DNA of 40,510 bases from a virus (lineage: Duplodnaviria > Caudoviricetes). The stretch covers positions 1-40,510 of the IMG/VR virus record IMGVR_UViG_3300004633_000007, one strand, 5' to 3'. A model generated the notes under the pieces. That model was not told where the DNA came from. It saw only the letters and a program-made list of their open reading frames with translations, and did not search any database. Shown one piece after another: positions 28,570 through 38,344 of this stretch. Position numbers and translations under genes: made by a program. The first letter of the stretch is position 1. Each line of letters begins with the position of its first letter.

Positions 28570-29283
28570 ATGACAACCAAGCAATGCGCGCAATGCGGTA
28601 AGTTTTACGGACCTCGGCCACAAGCCTATGACCGTGGCCACGAATGGGCGAAATATGCGGACAGCAGTTTTTGTTCGCTGGAATGTTTCCATGAGGCTAG
28701 ACGCCAAGCGGCAGCCGAGCGCAGGAGTCTAGCCTACAAGATATGCGAGCAGTGCGGCAAACGTTACGGGCGCATTGGACGCCAAGCGACGCAATTTGCA
28801 AGAAGTAAATATTGCTCGCAGGAATGCTTCGGACTCGCCCAACGGAATCGAATCAGCGATATTACCGACAAGATCCGAATCGATGCCCAAACGGATTGCC
28901 ATCTCTGGATCGGATCAAAATATGGCAAGGGATATGGACAGACCAGGATAGACGGTCGCATGATGCCCGTTCACAGGCTCATGTGGCAGTATTATCATGG
29001 CCCGATACCAGACGGCCTTGAAATTGACCATCTGTGTGGTAACAAAGCATGTTGCAACGTAAAGCATTTACGGCTTGTTACCGCTCAAGAAAACACGCTA
29101 GCCAGTAACAACATGGCCGCACGCTACGCCAGGCGCGAAGTCTGCGACAAATGCGGCGGCGAGTACAGCACGTTTCCAAACGGCATCCGCTATTGCAAGC
29201 CGTGCCGTCACGCAAAGATGATGGAGTACCAGCGCTGGCGACGCGCCGAAAAGAAGGCGGGGCGTTCCGGCGTCAAGGGCTAG
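28570..29283 (+). CDS. HNH homing endonuclease with Zn-finger repeats
   Basis: CHLW.G...KGYG, HRLMW, DHLCGNKACCNVKHL..VT..EN. Confidence 0.88.
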   Translation: MTTKQCAQCGKFYGPRPQAYDRGHEWAKYADSSFCSLECFHEARRQAAAERRSLAYKICEQCGKRYGRIGRQATQFARSKYCSQECFGLAQRNRISDITDKIRIDAQTDCHLWIGSKYGKGYGQTRIDGRMMPVHRLMWQYYHGPIPDGLEIDHLCGNKACCNVKHLRLVTAQENTLASNNMAARYARREVCDKCGGEYSTFPNGIRYCKPCRHAKMMEYQRWRRAEKKAGRSGVKG

Positions 29284-29359
29284 ATGGGGGCGCTTACCTA
29301 CGCCCCCTAGCGGTTACTAGCCGCAGGCTCCGTCTACACGGAGAAGCGCACGACGGAGA

Positions 29360-29587
29360 TCAGGCGATTCCGAGTTTCTCTTTGATGCGCGCCACATCAA
29401 GAGCGTAGCTGACGAGCAACTGTTCGATATGCTCCAGCTTGTTTTCAATCCGGTCCATGCGTTTGCCCATGTCGTCCATGCGCTTATTCATGTCATCGAG
29501 GCGCTTGCTGTTGATCAGGAGCGCGGTGATTGCGACTAAGGTAGTGCCGCCAGCGCTGACGATGGCTGCGGCGAGGTTGGTGTCCAA
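29360..29587 (-). CDS. TM plus coiled-coil moron protein
   Basis: N-terminal hydrophobic helix, KRLDDM repeats; AGGAG SD; TTG start. Confidence 0.7.
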   Translation of the reverse strand: MDTNLAAAIVSAGGTTLVAITALLINSKRLDDMNKRMDDMGKRMDRIENKLEHIEQLLVSYALDVARIKEKLGIA

Positions 29588-29639
29588 GTAGGTTTCTCCT
29601 GTCGGTTAGTAGCCGACTAATTCCATTGTAGCGTGGCGC

Positions 29640-30016
29640 ATGACCTATGGCTCCCTATTCTCAGGCGTGGGCGGCATCGATTTAGGGCTTGATGCCGCCG
29701 GCCTTCACTGCCGCTGGCAATGCGAGATCGACCCCTTCGCCCAGCGCATCCTCGCGAAGCACTGGCCCGGCGTTAAACGCTATGGCGACATCACCAAGCT
29801 CACCGGAGACGAACTGGAGCCGGTCGATCTCATCGCGGGTGGGTTTCCATGTCAAGACCTTAGCCAAGCCGGAAAGCGCATCGGCATCGAGGGAACTCGC
29901 AGCGGCCTTTGGTTTGAGTTCGCCCGCATCGTTGGGGAGCTTCGACCCCGATACGTGCTCGTTGAGAACGTGCCAGGGCTCCTTGTTTACGACGGGCTAC
30001 GAAGAGTTATCGGTGG
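29640..30016 (+). pseudogene. Truncated C5-cytosine DNA methyltransferase
   Basis: Motifs I (SLFSGVGG), IV (GFPCQ), VI (ENV); homology is lost at about 30016 where an antisense cassette ends. Confidence 0.8.
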
Positions 30017-30169
30017 TCATTTCGCGGCCTTCGGCCTACCGCCGAGTTTGCCGTTATTGCGCGAGGCTTCCCGCTTCGCCTTGGAGCGCGAGCGGCCGCC
30101 GCGACGGCCGAGGATAGCCATCGCGGCGCGGACGATCTCAGCTTCAGTGCTGGCCGTTCGTTTCTTCAT
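30017..30169 (-). CDS. Small basic GRRGG..NGKLGGRP protein
   Basis: Close motif match to 21612-21773. Confidence 0.65.
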   Translation of the reverse strand: MKKRTASTEAEIVRAAMAILGRRGGRSRSKAKREASRNNGKLGGRPKAAK

Positions 30170-30377
30170 CGGAGTCGATGGAATCGATCTCATCAACATA
30201 AGCGTCAAAGGCGGCTCGCATGGCAGCGGCCATCGCCCGCATGGCTTTATTCAATTTTCGATTCAGGGCGACTTGCCTTTCGTCGGCTTCTCTCATCCGT
30301 TGAAACGCCTCGTGCATAGACGAATGCAACGATTCGGAGTCCTTAACAAGGAACTCCAATCTTTCATCGATTGTCAT
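30144..30377 (-). CDS. Coiled-coil moron protein
   Basis: MTIDERLEFL..SLH; TATACT 6 nt before ATG. Confidence 0.65.
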   Translation of the reverse strand: MTIDERLEFLVKDSESLHSSMHEAFQRMREADERQVALNRKLNKAMRAMAAAMRAAFDAYVDEIDSIDSDEETNGQH

Positions 30378-30407
30378 AACTCCAGTATAACGCAAGCGGC
30401 TTAGGTT

Positions 30408-30785
30408 ATGCCCGATAACGCCGACCTCTCCCTGTACCAAGGGGACGATTATGCGGCCACGTGTACGATCCGCAACCTCGACGGCACGCCCGCCGACCTG
30501 ACGGGCTACACCGCGCAGGCGCAGATCCGAACCGCGGTCGCCGACGCGCAGCCCGTCGTCGCCGCGGAGTTCGAGACTAACATCGTGTCGCCCGACGTGC
30601 ATCTTTTTCTCTCGCATGATGTGACGGTGACGCTGGGCGTGGGGACGCGAAAGTACGTCTGGGATTTGCAGGTCACCGATGCCGGCGGAATGGTGACGAC
30701 GGTGCTCGCCGGCAAGGTGCTGGTAACGCAGGAAGTGACGCGGGAGATGATTAGCGCGCGGCAGCTGGTCGCCGTCGTCGCTTAA
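30408..30785 (+). CDS. Tail-fibre adaptor-like protein
   Basis: [26 protein letters not shown] pattern. Confidence 0.65.
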   Translation: MPDNADLSLYQGDDYAATCTIRNLDGTPADLTGYTAQAQIRTAVADAQPVVAAEFETNIVSPDVHLFLSHDVTVTLGVGTRKYVWDLQVTDAGGMVTTVLAGKVLVTQEVTREMISARQLVAVVA

Positions 30786-30799
30786 TTGGCAAAGCCCAC

Positions 30800-32116
30800 A
30801 TGTCCGATATCAAGACCCAGACGCTGACCGCCACGCTGGGCGCCCCGCGCCTGACCGCGACGCTCCGCGGCGCGTCCACCTTCGGCGGCAGCTTCGCGCT
30901 CGGCCAGCCCGGGCCCGAAGGCCCGGTAGGGCCGCCCGGGCCGAGCGGCCCGCAGGGCATCCAGGGACCGACCGGCCCGCAGGGCTCGACCGGGCCCGCC
31001 GGCCCCGTGGGGCCCGTGGGACCGCCGGGAACGGGCATCGCAGTCAAGGGCACGGTTCCCGATTCGTCGCACCTACCTACGACCGGCGTTCCCGGCGACG
31101 CCTGGATCGCTGCGGACACGGGGCACCTGTGGGTCTGGGACTCTACCACGTCGTCGTGGGTGGACGCGGGGCACTTCACCGGACCTCCGGGGCCGGCGGG
31201 CCCGCAGGGCATCGAGGGGCCGGCGGGAGCTACGGGCGCCACAGGACCGGCGGGACCGACCGGGCCCGCAGGCGCGGACTCGACCGTGCCGGGGCCGCCA
31301 GGCGCAACCGGGCCCGCAGGAGCCACGGGGCCGCAGGGCGACCCGGGACCGGCGGGCATCCCGCTGATGGTGAACGGCGTCATCATCGGGGATGCGTCGA
31401 GCGGCGGCACCCAGTTAACGGTGCAGGACGAGGGCTCGGCGCTCGCGCAGCGTCTGAAGCTGAACTTCATCGGTGCGGGCGTCACGGCGGTAGACGACTC
31501 AGCGAACGGGCGCACCAACGTCACGATCCCGGGCAGCTCCGGGTTCTTCCTGCCGGTCACCAAGCCGCCGGCGTATGCCGGATGGTCCTGGGTGAATCAG
31601 GGAACGGCGACCGGCGGGGACACCGCAAGCGGCGTGTACCTACGAGCCCCAGTCGTGTCAGGCACCAATTGGCGTCTCCTGTTGCGCGCGGCGCCGGGAT
31701 CGACGCCCTACACCGTCGTCGTATCGTTCCTGACGCTGATGCATCAGTCGGGCAACACGCGGTCGGGATTAGTGCTATATGCCAACGGCACGGGCAAGTT
31801 CTGCTCGTGCGGGCCAAGCTGCGACGGATCGAGGACCGTTGACGCCTGGAACAGCGTCACGTCATGGGCGAGCGGCGGCAATCCGTTCAATCCCGCGACG
31901 CAGAGCATCCGGCCGTTGCAATACTACCGCTGTATCAATGACGGAACGAACCTTGCGTTGGCCGTGAGCGCCGACGGCGAGACGTGGGTCACGCTGACCA
32001 CGAACACGATTGCAACCTTGGTCGGAAGCGCCCCGACGCATATCGGCTTCGGCATCGACAGCGAAGGCAATCCCTACGACTCTATTCTGACGCTGGTGCA
32101 TTCGACAGGTTGGTAA
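30800..32116 (+). CDS. Collagen-like tail fibre
   Basis: Two Gly-X-Y tracts; beta-rich C-terminal head. Confidence 0.85.
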   Translation: MSDIKTQTLTATLGAPRLTATLRGASTFGGSFALGQPGPEGPVGPPGPSGPQGIQGPTGPQGSTGPAGPVGPVGPPGTGIAVKGTVPDSSHLPTTGVPGDAWIAADTGHLWVWDSTTSSWVDAGHFTGPPGPAGPQGIEGPAGATGATGPAGPTGPAGADSTVPGPPGATGPAGATGPQGDPGPAGIPLMVNGVIIGDASSGGTQLTVQDEGSALAQRLKLNFIGAGVTAVDDSANGRTNVTIPGSSGFFLPVTKPPAYAGWSWVNQGTATGGDTASGVYLRAPVVSGTNWRLLLRAAPGSTPYTVVVSFLTLMHQSGNTRSGLVLYANGTGKFCSCGPSCDGSRTVDAWNSVTSWASGGNPFNPATQSIRPLQYYRCINDGTNLALAVSADGETWVTLTTNTIATLVGSAPTHIGFGIDSEGNPYDSILTLVHSTGW

Positions 32117-33624
32117 TGGCTACCCAATTTCAACTTTCCGACACGACGCCCGCCGCGCCCTCGGGTAAGATCAATATCAAGTGGCAGCAGGACTCGTCTG
32201 CGAACATCTCCGCATACTACGACCCCGGCTCGGGCGGCGGCGCGGTGTCCAGCGTGTTCGGACGCACGGGCGCGGTCGTGGCGACCAGCGGCGACTACAC
32301 CGCGGCGCAGGTCGGAGCGCCGCCCACGACACGCACCATCACGGCTGGGACGGGACTCACGGGCGGGGGCGACCTGAGCGCGGATCGCACGCTGTCGGTC
32401 GTGGACGATACGACGAACCAAAGGGTGAAAGTGCTTTTTGGGACTACTGTAGTCGGGACCAGGCCGTCAATCTCGTTCATCCAGGGATCTGGAATCTCCC
32501 TAAGTCTGGAAGACGATCCTCCTAACAATAAGACTACGGTTCAGATTTCGGCGAACATCGCCGCGGTGCAGACGCCGTGGGTGAGCGACCATGATGCTGC
32601 GAATTTCAAGCTGAAGAATGCGAACGCCATCGGCATCGGAGTCTCTACCATCAATGGGCTATTCGAATCTTCCGGCAACGTGTCAGCGGGCCGGGTGAAC
32701 GCGGTCACCGTTTCGAACGCGGCGGGAGCGAACACCGCGAACAAGGTGAGGATCAGGCTCGGCCCGACCGCTGGATTCGTAGGAACTGACCTGCAACCTT
32801 ACATCGAATCGTATTGCGAGAACGCCGGAAGCCAGGCTGCGGGGCTGGCTCTAGGGACTTATAACGGCGGCTCTCTCGCCGAGCAAATGCGGATATCGGC
32901 GACGGGCAACGTCGGCGTCTCCGGGGCGACGAATCCTCTCGCGCAATTGCAGATCGGCCAGCGGCTGTCGGCGTCCAACGTATCGTTCGATGCTAACTAT
33001 TCCTACAACCTGTATTACGACGGCAGTAGCTGGCGGTATATACAGGGCACCGATCCCGGCTTCCAGTTGTACTTCTCGAGCGCCGGATCGAGTGGAAGTG
33101 CCTTCAAGATAAATTCAGCGCCTTATGGCGGCACGGCTGGAGCAGTAGCGACGATTGCCAATCTGGTGACCGTCCTGGTGGGCGGCAACGTCGGAATAGG
33201 AACGGCGAGTCCTAGTGCTCTGTTGGATGTTAAGGGATTCATTCGCGTCACCGATCTTGCTGGCGCTCCTACAACAGGATCAGGACTCGAAATTGTGTAC
33301 AATCCTGGAGCGACTCCGGCAAGCGGTTATATACAGTCTTATACTCGCGGAGCCGGTACGTTTGGTGCTCTGGAGATCAATGCTGCCCCATTAAAACTAG
33401 CCATGAACGGCGGCAACGTCGGAATAGGCACGGCGAGTCCAAACGCTGCCTTACACGTAGCAGGTCCAATGATTAACGGCGTTACGACTAATACGTTGTT
33501 CAACGCGGCGCTCATGGGCAACTCTCAGATGCAGTTTTACTCAATCGAAGGATCGAATCAGTTAATTTGCGTCTACAAGTATTCGACCGGTACGACGAAG
33601 GCGTTCACGATGAACCTCACTTAG
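32116..33624 (+). CDS. Tail fibre protein
   Basis: VSSVFGRTG, AGTGLTGGG, repeated GNVGIGT.SP...L.V.G; TAATG coupling. Confidence 0.8.
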   Translation: MATQFQLSDTTPAAPSGKINIKWQQDSSANISAYYDPGSGGGAVSSVFGRTGAVVATSGDYTAAQVGAPPTTRTITAGTGLTGGGDLSADRTLSVVDDTTNQRVKVLFGTTVVGTRPSISFIQGSGISLSLEDDPPNNKTTVQISANIAAVQTPWVSDHDAANFKLKNANAIGIGVSTINGLFESSGNVSAGRVNAVTVSNAAGANTANKVRIRLGPTAGFVGTDLQPYIESYCENAGSQAAGLALGTYNGGSLAEQMRISATGNVGVSGATNPLAQLQIGQRLSASNVSFDANYSYNLYYDGSSWRYIQGTDPGFQLYFSSAGSSGSAFKINSAPYGGTAGAVATIANLVTVLVGGNVGIGTASPSALLDVKGFIRVTDLAGAPTTGSGLEIVYNPGATPASGYIQSYTRGAGTFGALEINAAPLKLAMNGGNVGIGTASPNAALHVAGPMINGVTTNTLFNAALMGNSQMQFYSIEGSNQLICVYKYSTGTTKAFTMNLT

Positions 33625-33631
33625 GACTTCT

Positions 33632-33955
33632 ATGGCACTCAATTACGCGCAATCCGGCAACCTACGCATCAACGTCCCGTTTCAGCAGAGAATCGGATCG
33701 GCTGCGCTTAAATGGGCGAGTTATATTCTCTCAAGTCAGAGCTACGATGTCTCAGACGGACAGAAGCGACGAATGATTCAGATGGCTCAGGATGCTTACA
33801 ATAATCCGGTTATCGTAGCTCAGAAACTACAGCCTGGAGTCGTTCAAGACTCGAATATCCAGCAAGGGGATATCGATGCCGCTACCGGTGACTCGACGGT
33901 GGATGACGCGACTCTTCAGACGGCGGTCGAGGCGACGATTCAGAAGTACCTATAA
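33632..33955 (+). CDS. Hypothetical protein (possible fibre chaperone)
   Basis: 107 aa following the fibre gene; SD AGGA. Confidence 0.55.
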   Translation: MALNYAQSGNLRINVPFQQRIGSAALKWASYILSSQSYDVSDGQKRRMIQMAQDAYNNPVIVAQKLQPGVVQDSNIQQGDIDAATGDSTVDDATLQTAVEATIQKYL

Positions 33956-33963
33956 AACTACTT

Positions 33964-34215
33964 ATGTGGGGACGAGGCAGGAAGCCGCTAGAACTCAAGA
34001 AGTGCCTCCGCTGCGGCCAGGAGTTCCAGGCTAACAAATACGGTCGCCGGATCGTGCAAGTTTATTGTTCGTCCGCATGTCAGAAAGCGGCCAGTATCGA
34101 TAAGAAGTACCAGGGCAAAGTCAAGCGGTTCACCAGGCCCGATACCTGGATATTTCCGCACGGCGAAGTCGTGCGATCGACGCGCGCCTATATTTGCTGG
34201 AAAGATTTGATCTGA
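33964..34215 (+). CDS. Zn-finger fragment (possible homing endonuclease remnant)
   Basis: CLRCG..YCS..C resembles N-terminal repeats of the 28570 HNH. Confidence 0.45.
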   Translation: MWGRGRKPLELKKCLRCGQEFQANKYGRRIVQVYCSSACQKAASIDKKYQGKVKRFTRPDTWIFPHGEVVRSTRAYICWKDLI

Positions 34216-34451
34216 TGAACGAAACCTGCTACCCGCTCGACGACCTTACTATCGCCGTCATCGCCGACTTGCAGCGGCAACTGATCGCCGCCGAGGGACG
34301 CATTCAGGGCGCATTGACGCTGTTCCTGCGGCAGCACGACTTGCAGGGGCAGTGGGGACTTGCGCCGAACGGGCGCGAGGTGCAACGTATTGACGCGCCC
34401 GCTACGGCGTCTAACCAATTGAAGGAGACAATCAATGGACATTCAGCCTGA
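34215..34451 (+). CDS. Hypothetical protein
   Basis: TGATG coupling. Confidence 0.5.
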   Translation: MNETCYPLDDLTIAVIADLQRQLIAAEGRIQGALTLFLRQHDLQGQWGLAPNGREVQRIDAPATASNQLKETINGHSA

Positions 34452-34773
34452 TCGTTTTTATTACTCATCACCAGGAGGGCCGCAAGTGGCAACCTATCCC
34501 AAGTGGAAATACCACAAGACCGAACCGCCCAAGCAGGTAGCCAACGCCGAGCAGGAAACGGCGCTCGGCCCCGAGTGGGGCGACACCTACGTCAAGCAGG
34601 ACTACCCCAAGATGAAGTTCGGGGCCAAGTTCGCCGAGGACAAGAACAATTACGTCATCGTCAACAGCCCCGAGGACGAGGGCAAGCTTCAGGGGGGCCC
34701 GTGGAGCGATACGCCGCCGCAGCCCAAGGCGGAAGACGAGTCGAAGTCCAAGGAAGAGCCCAAGAAGAAGTAA
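34435..34773 (+). CDS. Small virion-associated protein with internal repeat
   Basis: Two YPK..V...E...L...W.DT units; SD AAGGAG. Confidence 0.65.
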   Translation: MDIQPDRFYYSSPGGPQVATYPKWKYHKTEPPKQVANAEQETALGPEWGDTYVKQDYPKMKFGAKFAEDKNNYVIVNSPEDEGKLQGGPWSDTPPQPKAEDESKSKEEPKKK

Positions 34774-34776
34774 GCC

Positions 34777-35430
34777 ATGCAGGTCAGCGACCTCATCAAG
34801 AAATCGCTCCAGTTGATCGGCGTCGTGGCCGCCGGCGAGACGCCTTCGCCCGAAGACCTTAACGACGGCTTCGACAAGCTGAACATGCTGGTGCGGTCGT
34901 GGAACGCGCAGCAGCTGCCGCTGTTCGCGATCAGCAAGCAGACCGTGACGCTGACGGGGGCGAACAGCTACAACCTCGCCACGCGCACGCTGCGCATCAA
35001 AAGCGCCACGGTCATCACGTCCATCGGCACGAGCCAGTCGCCCGCCATCGTGGATGTGCTTGGATGGAACGGCATACCCGACAAGACGCGCACGGGCGTG
35101 TTCGCCGAATCGCTGTTCTGCGATTACGCCTATCCGACCGCCGCAGTGTACCTGACGCCGCGGCCCGCCTCGGGAACGCTCGAGATCTGGGCGCATCCGG
35201 CGCTCGCGCAATTCACTAGCACTTCGCAAGTGATCGATCTGCCCGACGGCTTCGAGCGTGCGCTGTGCTATGCGCTGGCGATCGATCTTGCGCCGGAATA
35301 CGGGCGCAGTGCGCCGCCCGAGGTCGTGGGCATCGCGAACGAATCGAAGAACGCGATCACGCAACTCAATGCGATCGTGATGGGTGAGATGGCGCCGGGA
35401 TCGGGCGCTACGGCGCAGACGGCGGCTTAG
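34777..35430 (+). CDS. Head-to-tail adaptor (P22 gp4-like), copy 1
   Basis: DLIK.SL..IGV.A.GETP...D....LN.L..SW; LP.G...AL.Y.LA..LAPEYG. Confidence 0.75.
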   Translation: MQVSDLIKKSLQLIGVVAAGETPSPEDLNDGFDKLNMLVRSWNAQQLPLFAISKQTVTLTGANSYNLATRTLRIKSATVITSIGTSQSPAIVDVLGWNGIPDKTRTGVFAESLFCDYAYPTAAVYLTPRPASGTLEIWAHPALAQFTSTSQVIDLPDGFERALCYALAIDLAPEYGRSAPPEVVGIANESKNAITQLNAIVMGEMAPGSGATAQTAA

Positions 35431-35627
35431 TTGTGATGAACGAGCGGCGGGACGCGCTCTTCAAGGCGCGTGAGTCGTTCGCCGTAGCTTCTGAGCGAAG
35501 TTTCCATCGATGTCAATCTCGCGAGAATGTCTTTCAGAATCGTCTGTTCGCGTAGCCACATGAGCAGAATGGCAATCAGCAGGGGAAGAGTCCCGTAAAA
35601 GACCTGTAGAGCCTGAGTGTTAGGCAT
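35427..35627 (-). CDS. TM plus coiled-coil moron protein
   Basis: 66 aa; ERLTRLEER. Confidence 0.65.
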   Translation of the reverse strand: MPNTQALQVFYGTLPLLIAILLMWLREQTILKDILARLTSMETSLRSYGERLTRLEERVPPLVHHN

Positions 35628-35634
35628 CGGTTAT

Positions 35635-36339
35635 ATGACTTATTATGATTTAATTCGGAGTTCCCTGCGCCTCATCGGACAACTGCGCCCCGGCTACGGA
35701 CCCAACGGCAGCGAGATCACCGACGCATTGTTCGTGATGAACTCGATGCTCGACTCGTGGTCGCTCGAGCACCTGAACATCTACACCGTAGGGCGCACGT
35801 CGTACCCGCTGTCGGGCAAGGCGAGCTACACTTTCGGCCCCAGCGGCGACTTTCCCGACCGCCCGCTACGCATCGAGTCCGCGGCGTGGATTCTATCGGG
35901 CAGTTCTGACTACGAGTATCCCGTCCCGGTCATCACCGACCAGCGCTGGCAGCTGGGCGGCGGCCCGTCGCCATCGGGGGCGCAGGGCGTCTATTACGAC
36001 AACGGCTTTCCGCTCGCGACCGTCTACCTGCGCCCTGCGCCCGCGGTGCAGACGGCGACGCAGCTGGTGCTTTATACGTGGACGCCGCTGACAGGCGTGG
36101 ACGAGGAGACGCAGGACGTGGTCTTCCCGCCCGGATACGCGGACGCGATCCGATACAACCTCGCCGAGCGGTGCGCCCTTGAGTGGGGCAAGGTCGCGCA
36201 GGACGGCGTTCACGCGCTGGCGATATCGAGCAAGGCGGCGATCAAGTCTTTCAACATGCAGCCGATCGAGATGGATGCGACGGACGGCGGGGCGCTCGGG
36301 TGCGGGGGCGGCGGCTTTAATATCTATGTGGGGCAGTAA
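35635..36339 (+). CDS. Head-to-tail adaptor (P22 gp4-like), copy 2
   Basis: DLIR.SLRLIG....D....N.MLDSW; FPPGY..AIRYNLA. Confidence 0.75.
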   Translation: MTYYDLIRSSLRLIGQLRPGYGPNGSEITDALFVMNSMLDSWSLEHLNIYTVGRTSYPLSGKASYTFGPSGDFPDRPLRIESAAWILSGSSDYEYPVPVITDQRWQLGGGPSPSGAQGVYYDNGFPLATVYLRPAPAVQTATQLVLYTWTPLTGVDEETQDVVFPPGYADAIRYNLAERCALEWGKVAQDGVHALAISSKAAIKSFNMQPIEMDATDGGALGCGGGGFNIYVGQ

Positions 36340-36418
36340 GGGCTGGCCGTAACGCCGCCAGCCGTGCCCGGAAGCTACTCCGGGGGCGCTCCACGAGCGC
36401 GGAGAAGCACTGCGGAGA

Positions 36419-36640
36419 TTATTTCTTGTGGTGCTCTGCTTCGTGAAGTTGGAGCAACAGTTTCATATGCTCGAAAGCGTTATCGATGTGCTCTTTCAGT
36501 TCATCAAAGCGCTCATCAAGCCTTTTCGATAGATCATCGATACGCTTCGATACCTCAGTCACTCTGCTATTCGAGTAGATCATGACGCTCACCGGGATAA
36601 TCACCGATAGCGCCAACGTCATCAGTTGTTGGTCAGTCAA
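36419..36640 (-). CDS. TM plus coiled-coil moron protein
   Basis: KRIDDL repeats; AGGAG SD; TTG start. Confidence 0.7.
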   Translation of the reverse strand: MTDQQLMTLALSVIIPVSVMIYSNSRVTEVSKRIDDLSKRLDERFDELKEHIDNAFEHMKLLLQLHEAEHHKK

Positions 36641-36685
36641 TTAGGATTCTCCTGCCGGATAGCTTCCGGCTAACTTCATTATCCC

Positions 36686-38335
36686 ATGCGCTTCGATGGC
36701 TTCTGCGGACCAACCTACCAGAGTTGGTCGCCCAACGTCAGCAACGAGCGGACAATCAACCTCTACCCGGAAATCATGGAGTCCGCAGGCGCAAAGTCGA
36801 AAGTCGCCCTCTACGGCACGCCCGGCCTGACGCTGTTCACGACGCTCAGCCACGCGCCGGTGCGCGCCCTGTGGGCGGGCGAGGACCGCCTGTTCGCCGT
36901 GGGAGGCGATCACTACTATGAGGTCTTTGAAGACCCCGTCGCCAATCCTCCCACCGACCGCAGCGCTGGAACCGGCGGCATCACCATCGGAGACGACGCG
37001 CAACACACGCCGGTCGCGATCTGGCCCAACGGAACGCAGAACCTCATCGTGAGCGCCGGCCAGGCGTACATCGACGGCGGTCCCAACATCGTGCCCGCCA
37101 CGATGGATACGTCCGCAGCCGGCAAGGCCAACAGCTACGCCGCGCCGGGAATCGCATGGGTGAGCGGCGACAAGTTCGGGGCGTGGATGGTGGGCCAGAC
37201 GCTGACACTCGGCGGCGCGACCTACACCGTCAGCGCATTCGGGGACGAGGAATACATCCTTGTCAGCCCGCCTTATCCGCCGGTGCAGGCCAATGTCGAT
37301 TTTTCGATCAGCGGCCATCTGAACATGGCGGCGAGGACCGGATGCTTCCTCGATACGTATTTCATCATCGCGCCGCCCGACAGCAAGACGTTTTACTTCT
37401 CCAATCCCAACGACGGCACGGCGTGGGACGGCCTGGAAGTCAGCGTCAAAGAGGCGTACCCGGATAACATCGCCGCGGTCTACGCCGATCACGAGGAGTT
37501 ATATCTGTTCGGCACGCACTGGAGTACGGAGGTCTGGCGCAACGAGGGCGCAGCGGACGCCGCCGGCGGATTCGTGCGCGACCCGGGCGGATTCGTCCAC
37601 ATCGGGTGCGTCGCGCCGTGGTCGATCCAGTCGCTCGCGAGCGGCCTGCACTTCTTAGGCGGCGACACGCGCGGCCGCACGGTCGCCTACCGGCTGCAGG
37701 GCTTCCAGCCCGTGCGCGTGAGTACGCACGCCGTCGAGCAGGTCTGGAGCACCTACAGCACGGTCTGGGACGCCTACAGCTACGCCTACACCGACGAGGG
37801 ACACGAGTTCTGGGTGCTCAACTTCCAGACGGCCAACGCGACGTGGGTATACGACGTCGCAAGCCAGATGTGGCACGAGCGGGCCTACTGGAACGGCACA
37901 TCGTTTGAGCGCCACCGCGGGCGCTGCCATGCGTTCGTATGGGGCAAGCACTTCGTGGGCGACTGGGCCAACGGCAATATCTACGAGATGAAGCACGGCA
38001 TCTTCACCGACAACGGCGTGCCGATCCACCGCGTGAGACAGGCGCCGCATTTGAGCAATGAGGAAGTCCATGTCTTTCATCACCGGCTCCAACTCGACGC
38101 AGAGATAAACGGGACCGCGCCGAGTTTCGCTCTCGACTGGTCCGATGACGACGGAACGACGTGGAACACGCCGAAGACGCGAGCGCCCAGCGTGAGCGGC
38201 AACAAGGGGCGCTATCTGTGGAACCGGCTGGGGACGGCGCGTGATCGCATCTATCGGGTTACGACGAGCGATGCGGCGAAGGTCGCGATCGTGGACGCGA
38301 TCCTGAATCCGGCGCCGACGTCGGGGGCGCATTAA
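36686..38335 (+). CDS. Tail hub / DNA stabilisation protein (P22 gp10-like)
   Basis: INLYPE, TPGL, STEVW, GCVAP.SI, WVYD..S..WHER, WSDDDG.TW, W.RLG..RDR. Confidence 0.85.
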   Translation: MRFDGFCGPTYQSWSPNVSNERTINLYPEIMESAGAKSKVALYGTPGLTLFTTLSHAPVRALWAGEDRLFAVGGDHYYEVFEDPVANPPTDRSAGTGGITIGDDAQHTPVAIWPNGTQNLIVSAGQAYIDGGPNIVPATMDTSAAGKANSYAAPGIAWVSGDKFGAWMVGQTLTLGGATYTVSAFGDEEYILVSPPYPPVQANVDFSISGHLNMAARTGCFLDTYFIIAPPDSKTFYFSNPNDGTAWDGLEVSVKEAYPDNIAAVYADHEELYLFGTHWSTEVWRNEGAADAAGGFVRDPGGFVHIGCVAPWSIQSLASGLHFLGGDTRGRTVAYRLQGFQPVRVSTHAVEQVWSTYSTVWDAYSYAYTDEGHEFWVLNFQTANATWVYDVASQMWHERAYWNGTSFERHRGRCHAFVWGKHFVGDWANGNIYEMKHGIFTDNGVPIHRVRQAPHLSNEEVHVFHHRLQLDAEINGTAPSFALDWSDDDGTTWNTPKTRAPSVSGNKGRYLWNRLGTARDRIYRVTTSDAAKVAIVDAILNPAPTSGAH

Positions 38336-38344
38336 ACTTGTAGT

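Noticed and set aside
29640-30404. 254-aa full-length methyltransferase call
   Set aside because: Sequence after about 30016 is read-through into antisense morons; motifs VIII-X are absent.
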